From: Eledone cirrhosa
Taxonomy: Eukaryota
Reading direction: 5' to 3'
Length of the DNA: 64,000 nt
Assembly (NCBI GenBank): GCA_964016885.1
Contig: OZ024749.1
Location: forward strand, 55,180,001 to 55,244,000
In this document: positions 12,945 through 27,479 of the stretch, piece after piece
Layout of the letters: every line of letters begins with the position of its first letter
Position numbering within the stretch: position 1 is the stretch's first letter
Position numbers and translations under genes: made by a program
The notes under the pieces: model-generated
Told to the model about the DNA's origin: nothing
What the model saw: only the letters and a program-made list of their open reading frames with translations
Database searches by the model: none

Positions 12945-13150
12945 AGTCGCTTGTCTAAGTCGTTAGAGAACTGGGTTCGCAATCGTGATGTTGCGAGTTC
13001 GATTCCCGGTCCTTGCGATGTGTTATGTGCTTCGGCATGACACTTTATTTTATTTCACGTTGCTCTTTCTGCCAGGAGTTGCGCCCGGTAGATAGTATCA
13101 GCAATAGAATGACCAATGGAAACATTGTTCCCTTGGTCCGATTTCACGAG
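12945..13150 (+). mobile_element. tRNA-derived SINE (family S2, OR-like)
   Basis: 'ttagagaa.tgg.ttcgcaatcgt..gagttcgattcc' head; homologous to 34092-34300. Confidence 0.8.
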
Positions 13151-14159
13151 TTACATCCCACTCGGTTAGCAAATGGCGTCTGGGATCTTGTTGATCGATT
13201 AAAAATCAATAAATATTTTTCAACCAGTGAGGAGTAGAAAGATTACTTCTACATACAAAGGCCGGCTTTATGGTTAAGGATAGCACACCAATAGAACGTA
13301 CTTCCACGATCGATCCAACTGTATGACACCAAAGACAATTGGTTTCTACTGAGTCATGGTGTAAACCCTGTTTTTCATTTATCTTAATTCTATTTTTACA
13401 ACACAAGTTTAACTTCACTGCAATTTCCAGAGAAGAGCTGTGTTATTTATTTTCATTATTAATACATTACAAGATAGCATTTCATTTCCATTGGCTGGTT
13501 TCTAATATTGTTTTGTTTCGGCTTGGTTTATGGTTGTCATCATCTCATTTGTTAATTCGTTAGTTGTTCTATTCTACATTAACCCATTTCGCGCGTGTTC
13601 ATACATTTTGTTTCAAATATGTTTTCCAAAATATGTTTATCACTATACCATTTTTAATGAGTTAAATTTATGGTCATTCTCGCATGTCTACATCCTGTTT
13701 TCAGAGTTATTTGCTTACAGATATTTCATTGGTTAATACTGTAGGTTGTTGATTACATCATTGATATCTTGCTTTGTTAACATTATCACTATGTCTACTA
13801 GATGGCATTAAAGATACTTGTGGTATATTCTATGGGGGCGGAATTGTGTCCTATATCTGATTTCTCTAAACTGACATGCTTTTCCGTGAGAAAGTTTCTT
13901 TTCTAGTACTGTTGGCGTTGAAATTGGTGTACTTCGACTCATATTTCTCTGTTCCTGTGCCATTCTATATCAGTTCTGCTTGCAATTCGAACTATATATC
14001 CCCTATTCCTGTGACATTCTATATCACCCCTGCTTGCAGTTTCAAATATTTTTAAAAATATTGTTTGTAACATCACATTACCTTTTTTTTTTGTTGAGCA
14101 AGTATATATATTTGTTGCGTAATTGTGTTATAACTCATCACTATACCGGAACGAAAGCT

Positions 14160-14810
14160 TCGAAATCGATAATTGCCCATCAGAACATAAAGATCGAGAA
14201 ACCTTTTAGACATTATAATGAAGCTAAGATTTAAAAGGTTATAGAAGCACCTTCAAAGGAAATATCAGATAACTATAAATTTGAAGAAAATACAATGACA
14301 TTCGCAAACACAAATAAAATATTGTATACATCAGAGAAAGACACCAAAATCTTCTCCAAATATAAAAAGCCACACTTCAACATAGACAACACAATTAAGA
14401 GAGAAGCAAAGACATTAGCAATCAATTTACAGATAGATGACAAAATAAACTATGTAGCAGGACAACAAGTATTTATCACATTCAAGGACAATAAAGACAA
14501 TTTCTATCCCGATTAATCAACGCAGTTAAAAATGAATTAGATGGAGTAAGAAAAATATTCTACATTACACTCCAAAATTAGACAAACCTCATGACGAATA
14601 TGATGAAGTAACAAACATACATCAGTTAACGACTTGTTCAACGATTTAAAAGACAGAGATTGTACAAATTCGCACAATCTGATATTCTAGATTTCTATCC
14701 GTCAATCGAAAAAAAAACTTGTTAACAAAAGCACTGAACCTTACACAGAGATTCGTCGCCCTCAGATAAACATAATAATGTAGGAGAGAAAATTACTCCG
14801 ATTATGCTAA
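14160..14810 (+). pseudogene. Decayed Penelope-like reverse transcriptase fragment (Naiad-type)
   Basis: Frameshifted motifs in the expected order: EAKTLAINLQIDDKI..FITFKDNKDNF, RLINAVKNEL, KFAQSDILDFYPSI, LLTKALN; recognised from memory of the family consensus. Confidence 0.75.
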
Positions 14811-15086
14811 ACCAGCCTTTTATTGTTTTAAATTATGAAGCATTTATAATACAATATAACATGAAAGACATGCATAAACAGCCCCACAAGTACATACATA
14901 AACAGGCATACATCTCTCTCTCTCTCTCTCATTCTCTCTCTCTCTCTCTTCTCTCTCTCTCGTTCTCTCTCTCCTCTCTCTCGCTCTCTCTCTCTCTCTC
15001 CCTCTCTCCCTCTCTCTCTCTCTCTTCTCTCTCTCGCTCTCTCTATGTATATATGTATGTATGTGTATATATATTTATATATATAT

Positions 15087-15117
<31 letters not shown>

Positions 15118-16028
15118 GTATTTATGTATGTATGCATGTATGTATGGATTTATGTATGCATATATATGTATATATTTATTTATGTATGTATATATATGTA
15201 TATATTTATGTATGTATTTATATATATGTATGTATATATATATATGTATATATATATATATACATGCATACATATAAACATACATACGTACATATGTATA
15301 TATATTGATATTGACAGCCATTAACGCTTTATAAGCTGTAAGATACAACAGGGTGTAAACAGCAAAATGAAGTTTAAAACGATTAATATATAAATATAAA
15401 AATATACAACTAATAATATATCTAATATATTTGAAAAATAGGAATAAATTTAAAATATTTACTGTGTATTGAAAAAACTTGATACTTTTAAATTAAAAAT
15501 AAAATGAAGAACTACTTGCTTCACAGATCACATAAACATTAAAACTGAATTATTACAAAAATAAATTTTAATAACTAAAATCTCATTAAACATGTAATTA
15601 TTAGGAAAAACGTTAGTGAATTGAAAACTTTAAACATTTTATTAATCACTCTATCCCCCCCCCCCCCCACACACACACACTCCTACACGCAAAACTTAAT
15701 CGTACACAAAAGTTATTATAACGTAATTAATAGTATTTTAAAATGTTTAACTGAGTAATTGACTTGACATCTGCATGCAGCAAGAATATTTTGAACTGTA
15801 TATACGAACGAAGATTCAGTTTCAAGACCTGAGGTTTCGTATCATAGTCTTAGCTTTTTAATATGAACCAAACAGTAGAGTATTTGATATTGGTATCTCG
15901 TCAATGTATCATTACCGTTATATTTATCATTATAATTAACGCCAACAATCGTCTAGTTACGTCTGATGAACTACGTAGCTTTGCTTATCTATAGACCGGC
16001 AAGTTGGCAGAAACAGGGCGTATGACAG

Positions 16029-16066
<38 letters not shown>

Positions 16067-16193
16067 CGCCGAAACATCTATGATCTGCAGTTAACATCTG
16101 ATGAAGGGTTTCTTCTCTTGTTTCGTCCATATTACCATCTTAAACTGTGTTTACAGTAATCACACAGCTCGCTTCGTTTCCTGCATATATATA

Positions 16194-16279
<86 letters not shown>

Positions 16280-16314
16280 GTCTGTCTTCATGCGTCGAAA
16301 ACAACGGGAAAGTA

Positions 16315-16397
<83 letters not shown>

Positions 16398-16403
16398 TAT
16401 ATA

Positions 16404-16585
16404 TTGTTATACTTTGGGAGGGTCATGTTGCCAATAAGAAACACACGCACCAGTTGCTTTCACTTCAATTTATTATAACTGGTGCGTGTGTTTCTTATTG
16501 GCAACATGACCCTCCCAAAGTATAACAATATCGGTTTCAACACACGATTTCAGATAAAGAATCTTGCTAAACAAATTCAAAAACG

Positions 16586-16588
<3 letters not shown>
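16404..16588 (+). mobile_element. Family A short fold-back copy in (TA)n
   Basis: Inverted repeat 16404-16454 / 16477-16528; same start point and same 3' tail as 11360-12174. Confidence 0.85.
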
Positions 16589-16618
<30 letters not shown>

Positions 16619-17281
16619 CAGAAGGGATATTCAATTTGTTGGTAATTCAACAAATTTAAATGGTTATAACTGATTCAGAGCACTCGAATATACTATACTA
16701 TATGTATATATATATATATATAAGATGATAGTACAGCATAATCGGAGCTCTGGTTGCGGGCAAGCTAACGAATGCTGTCGCGAAGTGCAGCAAAAAGCAC
16801 TCAATAAGGAATTTTACCTTAGAGTTATAACATTACGTTTAAACAGCTATGCAAATTGAAGCTAGCGACCGAAATGCGAGCCGCTAGGACCAGAACAACG
16901 AAAAACCGACTCAATGAAAAGTTTGTTACCTGGACCATCGTGGACATATTACACAAAACTTATATAACATCTCCACTAGGTTTCTGTAAGTCCGAAATCG
17001 ACAAAATCCATTTTCAGGGGCCTGCAAGTTAATTGGGCTTTGGAAGATAGAACAGTGGAATTTACTTCGTCAACAGGTTTCCGTTCTGCCACCGCCGGTT
17101 GTAAAAACTAGTAGTAAACACCGCCAGTAGTCACGTGGATTTTCCGAAGAGAGGTAACCTCCGGTTTTGGCGGTCAAATTCAAAATTTGAACAAAGGAAT
17201 TAAATCCTTTACACAAATGAAGGCTCTCAACTACATGTTATTAAACAAACATAAACAATAGTGTATATATATATATATATA

Positions 17282-17362
17282 CATATGATTGGTAAGTGTC
17301 ATATATATATATATATATGATTGGTAAATGTCATATATATATATATATATGATTGGTAAGTG

Positions 17363-17402
<40 letters not shown>

Positions 17403-17474
17403 GATTGGTAAGTGTCATATATATATATATGATTGGTAAATGTCATATATATATATATATATGATTGGTAAGTG

Positions 17475-17522
<48 letters not shown>

Positions 17523-17534
17523 GATTGGTAAGTG

Positions 17535-17576
<42 letters not shown>

Positions 17577-17596
17577 GATTGGTAAGTGTCATATAT
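17282..17596. repeat. Eight copies of ATGATTGGTAA(G/A)TGTCAT separated by variable (TA)n
   Basis: Directly visible. Confidence 0.9.
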
Positions 17597-19031
17597 ACGG
17601 TTCAGTGTTTATCTTTACTGTCGTAAACCAGTGGATGCTTCCTTTCATGTCAAATGCTTCTTGACCATTTAAGAAATGGAGATCGTTCATATAAATAATA
17701 TAGATTAAAAGAATTCCTGGGTTCAATATGATCGATTACATCTCCACGAAGAAGGTACTTCAGTGCAATGATTAAAACCGAATAAAGTATATATATATAT
17801 ATAGTTACAGACACATGCATATATGTACATCTATATCTATCTGTCTATCTATATAAGGGGAGATATACGCGTGTGTGGGCGTGTGTGTATGTGTGTGTGT
17901 GTGTGTGTGCACTTAGTGACCTATGCAAAACTATTGATCTCAATACAGATCGTTAAATATAATTTCCTCATCTTAGAGATAAAAAACGTTATTACCAGAT
18001 ATGGCAAATATTCCTTTTACAAAAAATACAACTAGTTGAATATTTGGAGTTTTACAGGTCATCATATCTCTCTCTCCCCTCTCTTCCTCTCTCTCTCCCC
18101 TCTCTCTCCCCCCCTCTCTCTCTTCCTCTCTCCCTCTCTCTCTCCCTCTCTATGTATACATATATATATATATACAGGTGTGTATATATTTATATATGTA
18201 TGCTTAACACCATGAAAGTATATATATATATATATATATGTACACATATATTTATATATGTACATATATTTATATATGTACATATATATATATGGTTTCG
18301 TACAGATGAGGAGATTTTCATTCTAGATTTCTTTGTAAAATACTGCTAATGTTTATATGTGGTTTGGTGTGGAAATTGTATAATACAGATAACCATTGAT
18401 GATGATGATAATACTGATCATGGTGGTGATGGTGATGCTGATGATGATGATGATCGTGGTGATGATAATACTGGTCATGGTGGTGGTGATGATGACGCGG
18501 TATTGATGGAGTCGTTTTTGTTTATTTGTTTGTTTGTTTGTTTTTTATATTTACCTGAAAAAAGAAAAAGGTAAAAATCTAAAAAGAAAACAAAAGCAAT
18601 ATATATTATAATAAAACAGTCTAACACTTCTTCTCTAAACAACAAATAATTAATAAATGAACGTTTGAATTTTGTAAACGTTTTGCTGGTATTTCTATTT
18701 TTGATAATTTCCGGTCGATACCGGATGTTTGTGTTGGATATACAGCGGCCATTTTACATTTGTACAACGAAATGCATTTTCCTTCAGCTAGAATACTTCG
18801 TGGTGGTTATTGATTTTGTTGTTGTTGTTCTTGTTGTGGTTTTATTGTGGTGGTTGTTTTTACATTTTCATGGCTATTGTAAAGAAGAGTAATTCAGAAA
18901 TAGTTTAGTTAGTTGGAGGCGATAAAGAACCTAGTATAGCCGGTATGTATCTAACAACCTTTCGTGTAGTTATCTCCCCCTTGTAGTGCCAGTCACGTAT
19001 GAAGCGTGTTCAACTCGAACGAGAGAGTCTA

Positions 19032-19094
<63 letters not shown>

Positions 19095-19928
19095 AAGTGT
19101 GGTAATAACCGAAGTGTATGATAAGGTTATATCCATATACATACAGATACTCTGAACAGATAAACTGAACCAAAAATATATATAAATATATACACAAACA
19201 CATACACGCTCAGCCATGATAATAGATGAATTTCTTTATTAGCCACAAGGGCACAAAAGAAGGGTACAAATACAAATGGGGAGTTTACATACAGATATAT
19301 GAAAATAAAACTATTAATAAAATAACAAATAACAATTGATATCCCCAATAGGGAGGAGGCGTTACACAGGGTTGTACACACCCCGAAAAAATGTACAATC
19401 CTCATCTCCAGGAGCACCAAGAGTGAGTACTCTCTTCCTCTTTTTCCTCAACCTACAGGCTTATATAGAGAGAAGGCCCACCCACTCAGATAGATAGATA
19501 GATATAGATAAATAGATATAGATAGATAGATAGATGTAGATAGATAGATAAGTATGTATGTATATATGAATGTAACTATGTATGTTTGTATGTATGTATG
19601 TATATATGTATATATGTATGTACGTATGTATGTATCTGTGAATGCAACTATGTGTGTCTGTATGTATAAATGTACGTGTGGGTGACTTGAATAAAAATTA
19701 CTACTTTATTATATTTTAACTTAAAATTTTCTGTACAATTTTTATAAACTCAATTCCGATTATTCATTTTTTGTTCCTATATTTTATTAATAAATCTTGC
19801 AGACTTCAGTAGACGATGTCAATGGTTGTATTTACGAATCTCTCTCCTATCTTTTTATCTTCTCTTTTTATCCTACCTCTTGTTATATATATATATATAT
19901 ATATATATGTGTATACATATATATATGT

Positions 19929-19976
<48 letters not shown>

Positions 19977-20172
19977 TACATATTTTTCAAACATGAAATT
20001 AAATGAAAGAATATAATATAGAATATTAAACAGAATGAAAATAATAACGAAAACATAATATCAATAACAGTAACAACAACAACAACAACAAGAGGAATAA
20101 ATTTGTAACAACAGACGAACGAAAGATGTCTATCTATTAGATTTGTATATATACATGTGTCGGTGAGTGTGT

Positions 20173-20216
20173 ATATATATATATATACATATATATGCAT
20201 ATATATATATATATGC

Positions 20217-20264
<48 letters not shown>

Positions 20265-20394
20265 ACATATATATACATATATATATATACATATATATAT
20301 ACATATATATATACATATACATATATATACATATACATATACATATATATATATACATATATATATACATATATATATACATATATATATATAC

Positions 20395-20458
<64 letters not shown>

Positions 20459-20460
20459 AT
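20173..20460. repeat. (TA)n/(CATA) microsatellite
   Basis: Directly visible. Confidence 0.95.
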
Positions 20461-21547
20461 GTAATCTTTGCATACGTGATGGTTTCATTTTATTGAAGTT
20501 TCATAGCTCTATAGATTCATACTTCGATATGAATGTATGTAAAATTACTTTAACAACGAATTTTCTGTTTATTTATGCATCTATCTATCTATCTATCTAT
20601 CTACATACCTACCTACGTAACTCTCTACTTATCTATCTACCTACTTACCTATCTGTTAACCTACCCATCCATCTATCTATCTATCTACCTGTCTCTCTAT
20701 CTATCCCATTGTTAGGTAACCATGCTAATAATTACACAATCAATGGGGCTAAATTTTAATAAATTTTACAATATATATCTCATACTTCAATTCATTTTCT
20801 CGGTGGTTAAGGCACATAGTGTAATACCTTACTATATGTATTACATAACATTCTGTGTTCAGATATTACTACAAACGAATTCTTGACTTCAAGTCAATAC
20901 ATTAACAGAAAACACACAAACAGCTGGCTCCCCAAGCAGGCCCAGCCAAGCTCATGGATATTATCCAACCATCTCTAGATAGTTGATACTAAGATCATTT
21001 GAGAAAGTTACCTATATATACCGATGATAAATCGTATCCGGGATTTGTGTCACATTCACTTGATTCTATGAAAGTCGAGTTAGTCACTGATAAAAAGATA
21101 GCTTTGGCTTAAGAGGAATAAAGACCGGCTTTTCGATAAATATATGGAATATTAACCCCACTATAGCTTACTGAAGTATTTGTTTATATTGTATTTCAAT
21201 ATTTTACCTAGATATTAACTAAGAGAGAGTTATTATATCACCGATAGATATTGAATAACCAATATCTAATTTGATTTTAAAGACATATTAAATATATGGG
21301 TATTTTTCTCTCTTTATAGCTGTAAATATTATAATATTAAGTTTATTAGGTTTATAACTGTGACTATATGTAATAAATATTAAAACCTGTATTCAAAAGT
21401 ACTACTTTATATTCAAGTATTTAATAAATTGTTTATTAAAAGTACATTTTAAAGTTCGAAACCATAACAGAAACTTTAACAGATTATAGTAATATATTTA
21501 TTATTCATACATTTAAAAATCAATAATTGTTGTTTATTATTTCAACA

Positions 21548-21720
21548 AGGTCGGTGGATTAATAGTATCGATAGAGGTAGTATGTCGGACAATCTATCCT
21601 GCAGCATATAGTTATGGCTCTTTACGTTTTGAGTTCAAATTCCGCTGAGGATTTTTATTGATATTTTATATACTGAGTTCAAATTCCGCTGAGGTTAGCT
21701 TTGATTTTCATCCTAGATAA
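21548..21720 (+). mobile_element. SINE S1 with duplicated B-box segment
   Basis: 'tgagttcaaattccgctgagg' occurs twice (about 21630 and 21674). Confidence 0.75.
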
Positions 21721-21912
21721 GTTAAGATAAACACATAGAACAGTTACAGAAAGTAGTATTAGTTTATAGGAAAAGGATAAAGAAGTTTCTTCAACGTAAC
21801 GAGTGCTGGTCTTTCATCGCGGATCTCTCTTTTATAAATGTGTAGGTCTTGGCAATATGACATGGAATTTCTCATTATTTTCTATCCAGGGTGAAAGTTA
21901 TCTCGCGTCTTG

Positions 21913-22090
21913 TGGTGCTGGCATGTACCGATTAGTGAAGAAGTTTGATTTGATATCAAACGATACTGGGTTCGATCCCATTGCATGGCACCCTGGGTAA
22001 TATAATTTTTGTAATAGTCTCGATGTCGACTCGCAACTTGTCAGTGAAATTCAGTAAACATAAACTATGTTGGGATCCCACCCGATGGAC
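21913..22090 (+). mobile_element. tRNA-derived SINE (family S3), diverged
   Basis: 'gggttcgatcccattgcatggcaccctggg..gtcgac..cttgtcagtgaaatt'; related minus-strand copy at about 29720-29900. Confidence 0.6.
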
Positions 22091-22911
22091 TGTACATAAA
22101 ATTTAAAGAAACAATTTTTTTGTCTCATATTTTACCACAGAGAAAGCAGAAAACTGAATATTTATCGTCGAAACCGACGAAGACTTTATCATATTTAACA
22201 TCTGTTTATGACTATCGAGAGAACTCCAGTGTTAACCAACGGCAGTTTAGAATCCTTGCCAGGGAAATAAGACAAGGGATTATCTTATTCTGTCAACGAA
22301 CAAAGCGACAAACTTGCTGACAGACTACAAACCACAGCGGGTTACATAATACGATCTTTTGACCCTTCAGTTAATAAGCTGACGCTCTTAACAACTCGAC
22401 CAGCTGTGTCTGTGCTTTACATGACATATAAAAGGAATATTGAATACAATGGTGATTGTATGTTGGATAAGAGTTTAATATTATACTTCTTCCAGGTATG
22501 ATGTTATATGACAGTTTTATATGACTGTCTTATATGTTTGACAGTGGCTTTTTCTTTATCTAAAAATATATATATATATTTTACTTATATTTTTATATCA
22601 TATTTTTTTATCAGTTTGTGTGTCTGTGTCTCTACCCGTGTGTGAGAGAGTGGATGTCGCTTTTTCTATATATTTTTAATGTTTATTTTTAAGTATATAT
22701 ATGTGTGTGTACACACACACACATATATATATATATATAATGATCAGTTTGTATGCATAATTTTTCATCGTCAGACGATGTGTATGTATAAATGTGTATA
22801 ATTGCGTATATGGATGTATATGTCTGTGTGTATGTGTTTCATTTATTTTGATAGTGTTTTGTTTAGATAATTTTTGTATATATTTTCATTTTATATGTAT
22901 TTTATGCATAT

Positions 22912-22952
<41 letters not shown>

Positions 22953-23482
22953 TTCGTCCATGTGTGTGGATGTATAAGTGTGAGTATGTGCCTGTGTCTT
23001 AGTACATGTGTGAGGTTGTGTGTATGTAAGTATGTTGATATGTCTTCGTCCATTTGTGTGGTTGTGTAAGTGTGTGGGTATGTCTTCGTCCAAGTGTGTG
23101 GTTGTGTGTGTGTGTGCCTATGTCTTCTTGCATGTGTGTGTCTGTGTAAGTGTGCTTCTATGCGTGTGTGTCTTTGTCAATGTATGGGAGGCTGTGATTG
23201 TGTAAATGAGTATATGTTAGGGCGTTGGTTTTTCTTTCTCAAAAACAAAATCTACCTCTGGGGCATAGCTGTAGAAATGTGAGGGATAAAAATAATTGAA
23301 TGCGTCAGATGGTTTGGAACTTGAGGGATAACATCAACAACAACAACAACATCATCAACAACAACAATAATAATAATGATATAAAATAAAATATGGAAAT
23401 GAAGGAGACAGCTAATAAATATAAAAGGGGAAAGAAAGAAAAAATGGAATAAGGACATTTGTCCCAGAAGTGGCCTGGCTTG

Positions 23483-23550
23483 AGGTGATGATGATGATGA
23501 TGATGAGGGTGGTGATGATGATTATTATTGTGGTGGCGGTGATGATGATG

Positions 23551-23595
<45 letters not shown>

Positions 23596-23980
23596 AAGGT
23601 GGTGATGATGATGATTATTATGGTGGCGGTGATAATGAAGATTATGATAATTGTGGTGATGATTATGGTGGTAATGATGTTGATGATAGTGGTGATGATT
23701 ATGGTGTTGATTATGGTGATGATGGTGGCGATGATGGTGATGGTGGTAATGATGATGATGATAGTGGTGATGATTATGGTGTTGATTATGGTGATGATGG
23801 TGATGATGGTGGCGATGATGGTGATGGTGGTAATGATGATGATGATTATGGTGATAATGATGATGATGATAGTGGTGATGATGATGGTGATGATGATGAC
23901 AATGACAACGTCGTCAACGATGGCGACGTTGGGGAGAAGAAAGATAACAATAATAATTGTTGTTGTTGTTGTTGTTGGTT
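23483..23980. repeat. (GAT/GGT/ATT)n cryptic trinucleotide repeat
   Basis: Directly visible; explains the Met/Val/Ile ORFs. Confidence 0.9.
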
Positions 23981-25915
23981 TTATTATCCTTATCAAAACA
24001 AGCCCGCACGCGCGCTCATGCACAAACACACAAATATATATGTTGTGCATATGTACATACATATATATATATATGTCTGTGCGTGTATGTAAGTATATAT
24101 ATATATGTTTATATGTATGTATATACGTATATCTATGTAAGTATGTATGTATATAGATATGTGTATGTATGTGTGTGTGTATGTATATATAGATATGTGT
24201 ATGCATGTGTGTGTGTATGTATATATAGATATGTGTGTGTGTATGTATATATAGATATGTGTATATATATGTGTGTGTGTATGTATATATGGATGTATAT
24301 ATATATATATATGTATATATATGTATGTATGTATATATAGATATGCGTATGTATATTATGGATGTATATATATATTATGGATGTATATATAGATATGTGT
24401 ATATATATGTATGTATATATAGATATGTGTATATATATGTATGTATATATAGATATGTATATATATGTATGTATGTATATATAGATATGTGTATACCATA
24501 TAATATATATTATGCAATATACAATTGTACACTGTCCAACAATATATTGTGATACTGGGGAATGGTGTTTTTTTAATATATATTCTCCAAGACAAGAAGC
24601 CACATAAAATACATTTAAAAAAGCAGCATTAAATCAGAAACACACACACACAAACACACATGTATATACATACATACATATATACATACATGCATACGTA
24701 CATATATATACATTCATACATACACACATACATACGTATATACATATATTTATACATAGATACATACATACATGTATACATACATATATACTTACATATA
24801 AACATACATACATATATACATACATATATACATACTTACATACATATATACATAAGTACATGCAGGTATACATACATACATATATTTATATGTATACAAA
24901 CATGCACACACAAATATATATATATACACAGGCACATACCACAAACATATATACACATAATCATCATCATTTTCTTCCTCTTCTTCTTCTCCCCTATTTC
25001 TTCTTCTTCTTCTTCTTCTTCTTCTTCTTCTTCTTCTCCAGAAAGACATTCACTAGAAGAAATCTGATGTAAAATGAAGTAGTTTAACTTAAAGATCCTA
25101 AAATGGTTTCGAAAAAAAACAAAAAAAAAACAGAAAGACAACAACAACAGTAGCAGCAACAGTAGCAGCAACAATAGCAACAACAACAACAGCAACCACA
25201 ACAGCAGCAGCAACAACAACAACAACACTGGCTTGAACGATAAAGAGAAAATTGAGAAAATATTGCCTATGGAAGAAGATTGCAGAAAATGGAGACAAGG
25301 AGATTGCAGGGGGCGATAAAATAGAGACTTTAGAAGGATAAAAATATTGGAGGAGTGGTGGTGGTGGTGGTGGTTGTGGTTGGCTTGTTGGGAGGTTTGC
25401 TGGTTGGTTTCGCTTGCTAAGGTGGTTTCGTTGGTTGGCTGGTTGGTTGGTTGATTGGTAGGTTGGTAGGTTGGTTGGTTGATTGGTTGATTGGTAGGCT
25501 GGTTGGTTGATTGGTAGCTGGTTGGTTGGTTTGTGGGTTGACTAACTGACTGGCTGGTTGGTTGCCAACCCTGTTTGGAAGAAAAAGAGGAGGGGGAGGA
25601 GAAGGAGGAGAAGGATGATGATGATGATGAAGATGTTGATGAGAAGAAGAAGAAGATAATAGAGGCGAAGACATTAATAAGCCAAGTTGGAAGTGGCAGC
25701 TTCCATCAGATTTTACTGAGTGAGAATTCTGTTCTTGGAAGCAAGCTTTTCGTTATAAAGCTGGGAAGATTAAAAAAGTTACAATGAAATTTGGTTAGTA
25801 CCAGGATTAAGTGCAAGCATTGGGTGTGGGGGGGGGGGGGCGTACGTGTGTGTGTAAGCTTTAAGTATGTACATGTGTTACACTGGGTTTGCAAGTGTGT
25901 GCCTAATTATGTGTG

Positions 25916-25932
25916 TTACTCTGTGTATGGTC

Positions 25933-25968
<36 letters not shown>

Positions 25969-25985
25969 GACCATACACAGAGTAA
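25916..25985. repeat. Palindrome with 21-bp unique arms around (TA)n
   Basis: ttactctgtgtatggtcgtgt-(AT)n-acacgaccatacacagagtaa. Confidence 0.9.
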
Positions 25986-26499
25986 GGCGTGTATATATAT
26001 ATATATTTATGTGTGTGTGTGTGTGTAAGTGTGCGTGTGTGTGTTTCTGAGCAGTAAAGACAGTATGAAGCCCGGAAGGGAAGTAAAGAGAGGTGGTGGG
26101 GTGGGGGTGTTAAGACGGTCTTAGCCAAGAATGGAAGAAAATATAAAAAAAATGAAGCTTGAAATCACAAGTACCATCATCTTAATCATCGCCAACAGCA
26201 GCATCATCGTCACCATCGTCATCGTCATCACCATCACCATAATCATCTCCATAGTCATCGCAATTATCATCATCAACATCACCATTACCACACTAGTAGT
26301 AGTAGTGGTGGCGGTAGTAGTAGTAGCAGTAGTAGTAGTAGTGGTGGTGGTGGTAGTAGTATGAGGAGGAGTAGGAGGAGGAAGAGGTGTAAGAAAATAA
26401 GCTGCGTCTGTTTCTATGACTACGGAGATCCATGTAAAGATGTTAACGACTTTACCGCCGAGATCAACAGTAATTATGTAACAGGGAGGATAATGAGAG

Positions 26500-27425
26500 G
26501 AACAGCAACAACAACAACAGTAACAGCAGCAACAGTAGCAGCAGCTATAACAACACCAACAATAGCAGTAACAATAACAACAACTACAGTAACAGTAACA
26601 ATAACAACAACAACAGCAGCAATAACAACAACAACAGCAAGAAAAACAACAGCAAAAGCAGCGACAAGAACAACAGCAACAACAGGAGCAAAAATAACAA
26701 CAACAACAACAACAACAACAACAGTACCTTGAAGAATAACAACCACAACGAAAACCAAAAGAACAACAAAAATTACAACAGCAAGAAAAACAACAACTAC
26801 AAGACCAACACCACGACCACCGACAACAACAAGGCCAACAACAACAACATTCAACAACAAGGCCAACAACAACAGCAACAACAACATCAATCCCAACAAC
26901 AACAGCAACAAGACCAACAACAGCAGCAACAACAACAGCAGCAGCAGAAGGAGAACAACAACAACACCACCAACACCAACAACACCAACAACAACAACAA
27001 CAACAACAACAACACACCACCAACAACAACAACACCAACACCAACACCACCAACAACAACAACACCAACAACAACAACACCAACAACAACAACAACAACA
27101 CACCACCAACAACAACAACACCAACAACACACCACCAACAACAACACCAACAACAACACCAACAACAACAACACCAACACCAACACCAACACAAACAACA
27201 ACACACCACCAACAACAACACCACCACCAACAACACCAACACCAACACCAACACCAACAACACACCACCAACAACAACAACACCAACAACAACAACAACA
27301 ACACCAACACCAACACCAACACAAACAACAACAACACACCACCAACAACAACACCACCACCACCAACAACAACACCAACACCAACAACAACAACAACACA
27401 CCACCAACACAAACAACAACAACAT
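26500..27425. repeat. (CAA/CAC/CAG)n cryptic simple repeat with internal block duplications
   Basis: Directly visible. Confidence 0.9.
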
Positions 27426-27479
27426 AATGAACAGCAATAAAGACGATGCAGGAAAGATGACAGCAATGGCTGTGTGACA

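Noticed and set aside
17282-17596. CRISPR-like repeat-spacer appearance
   Set aside because: Spacers are only (TA)n, the context is eukaryotic and there are no cas genes
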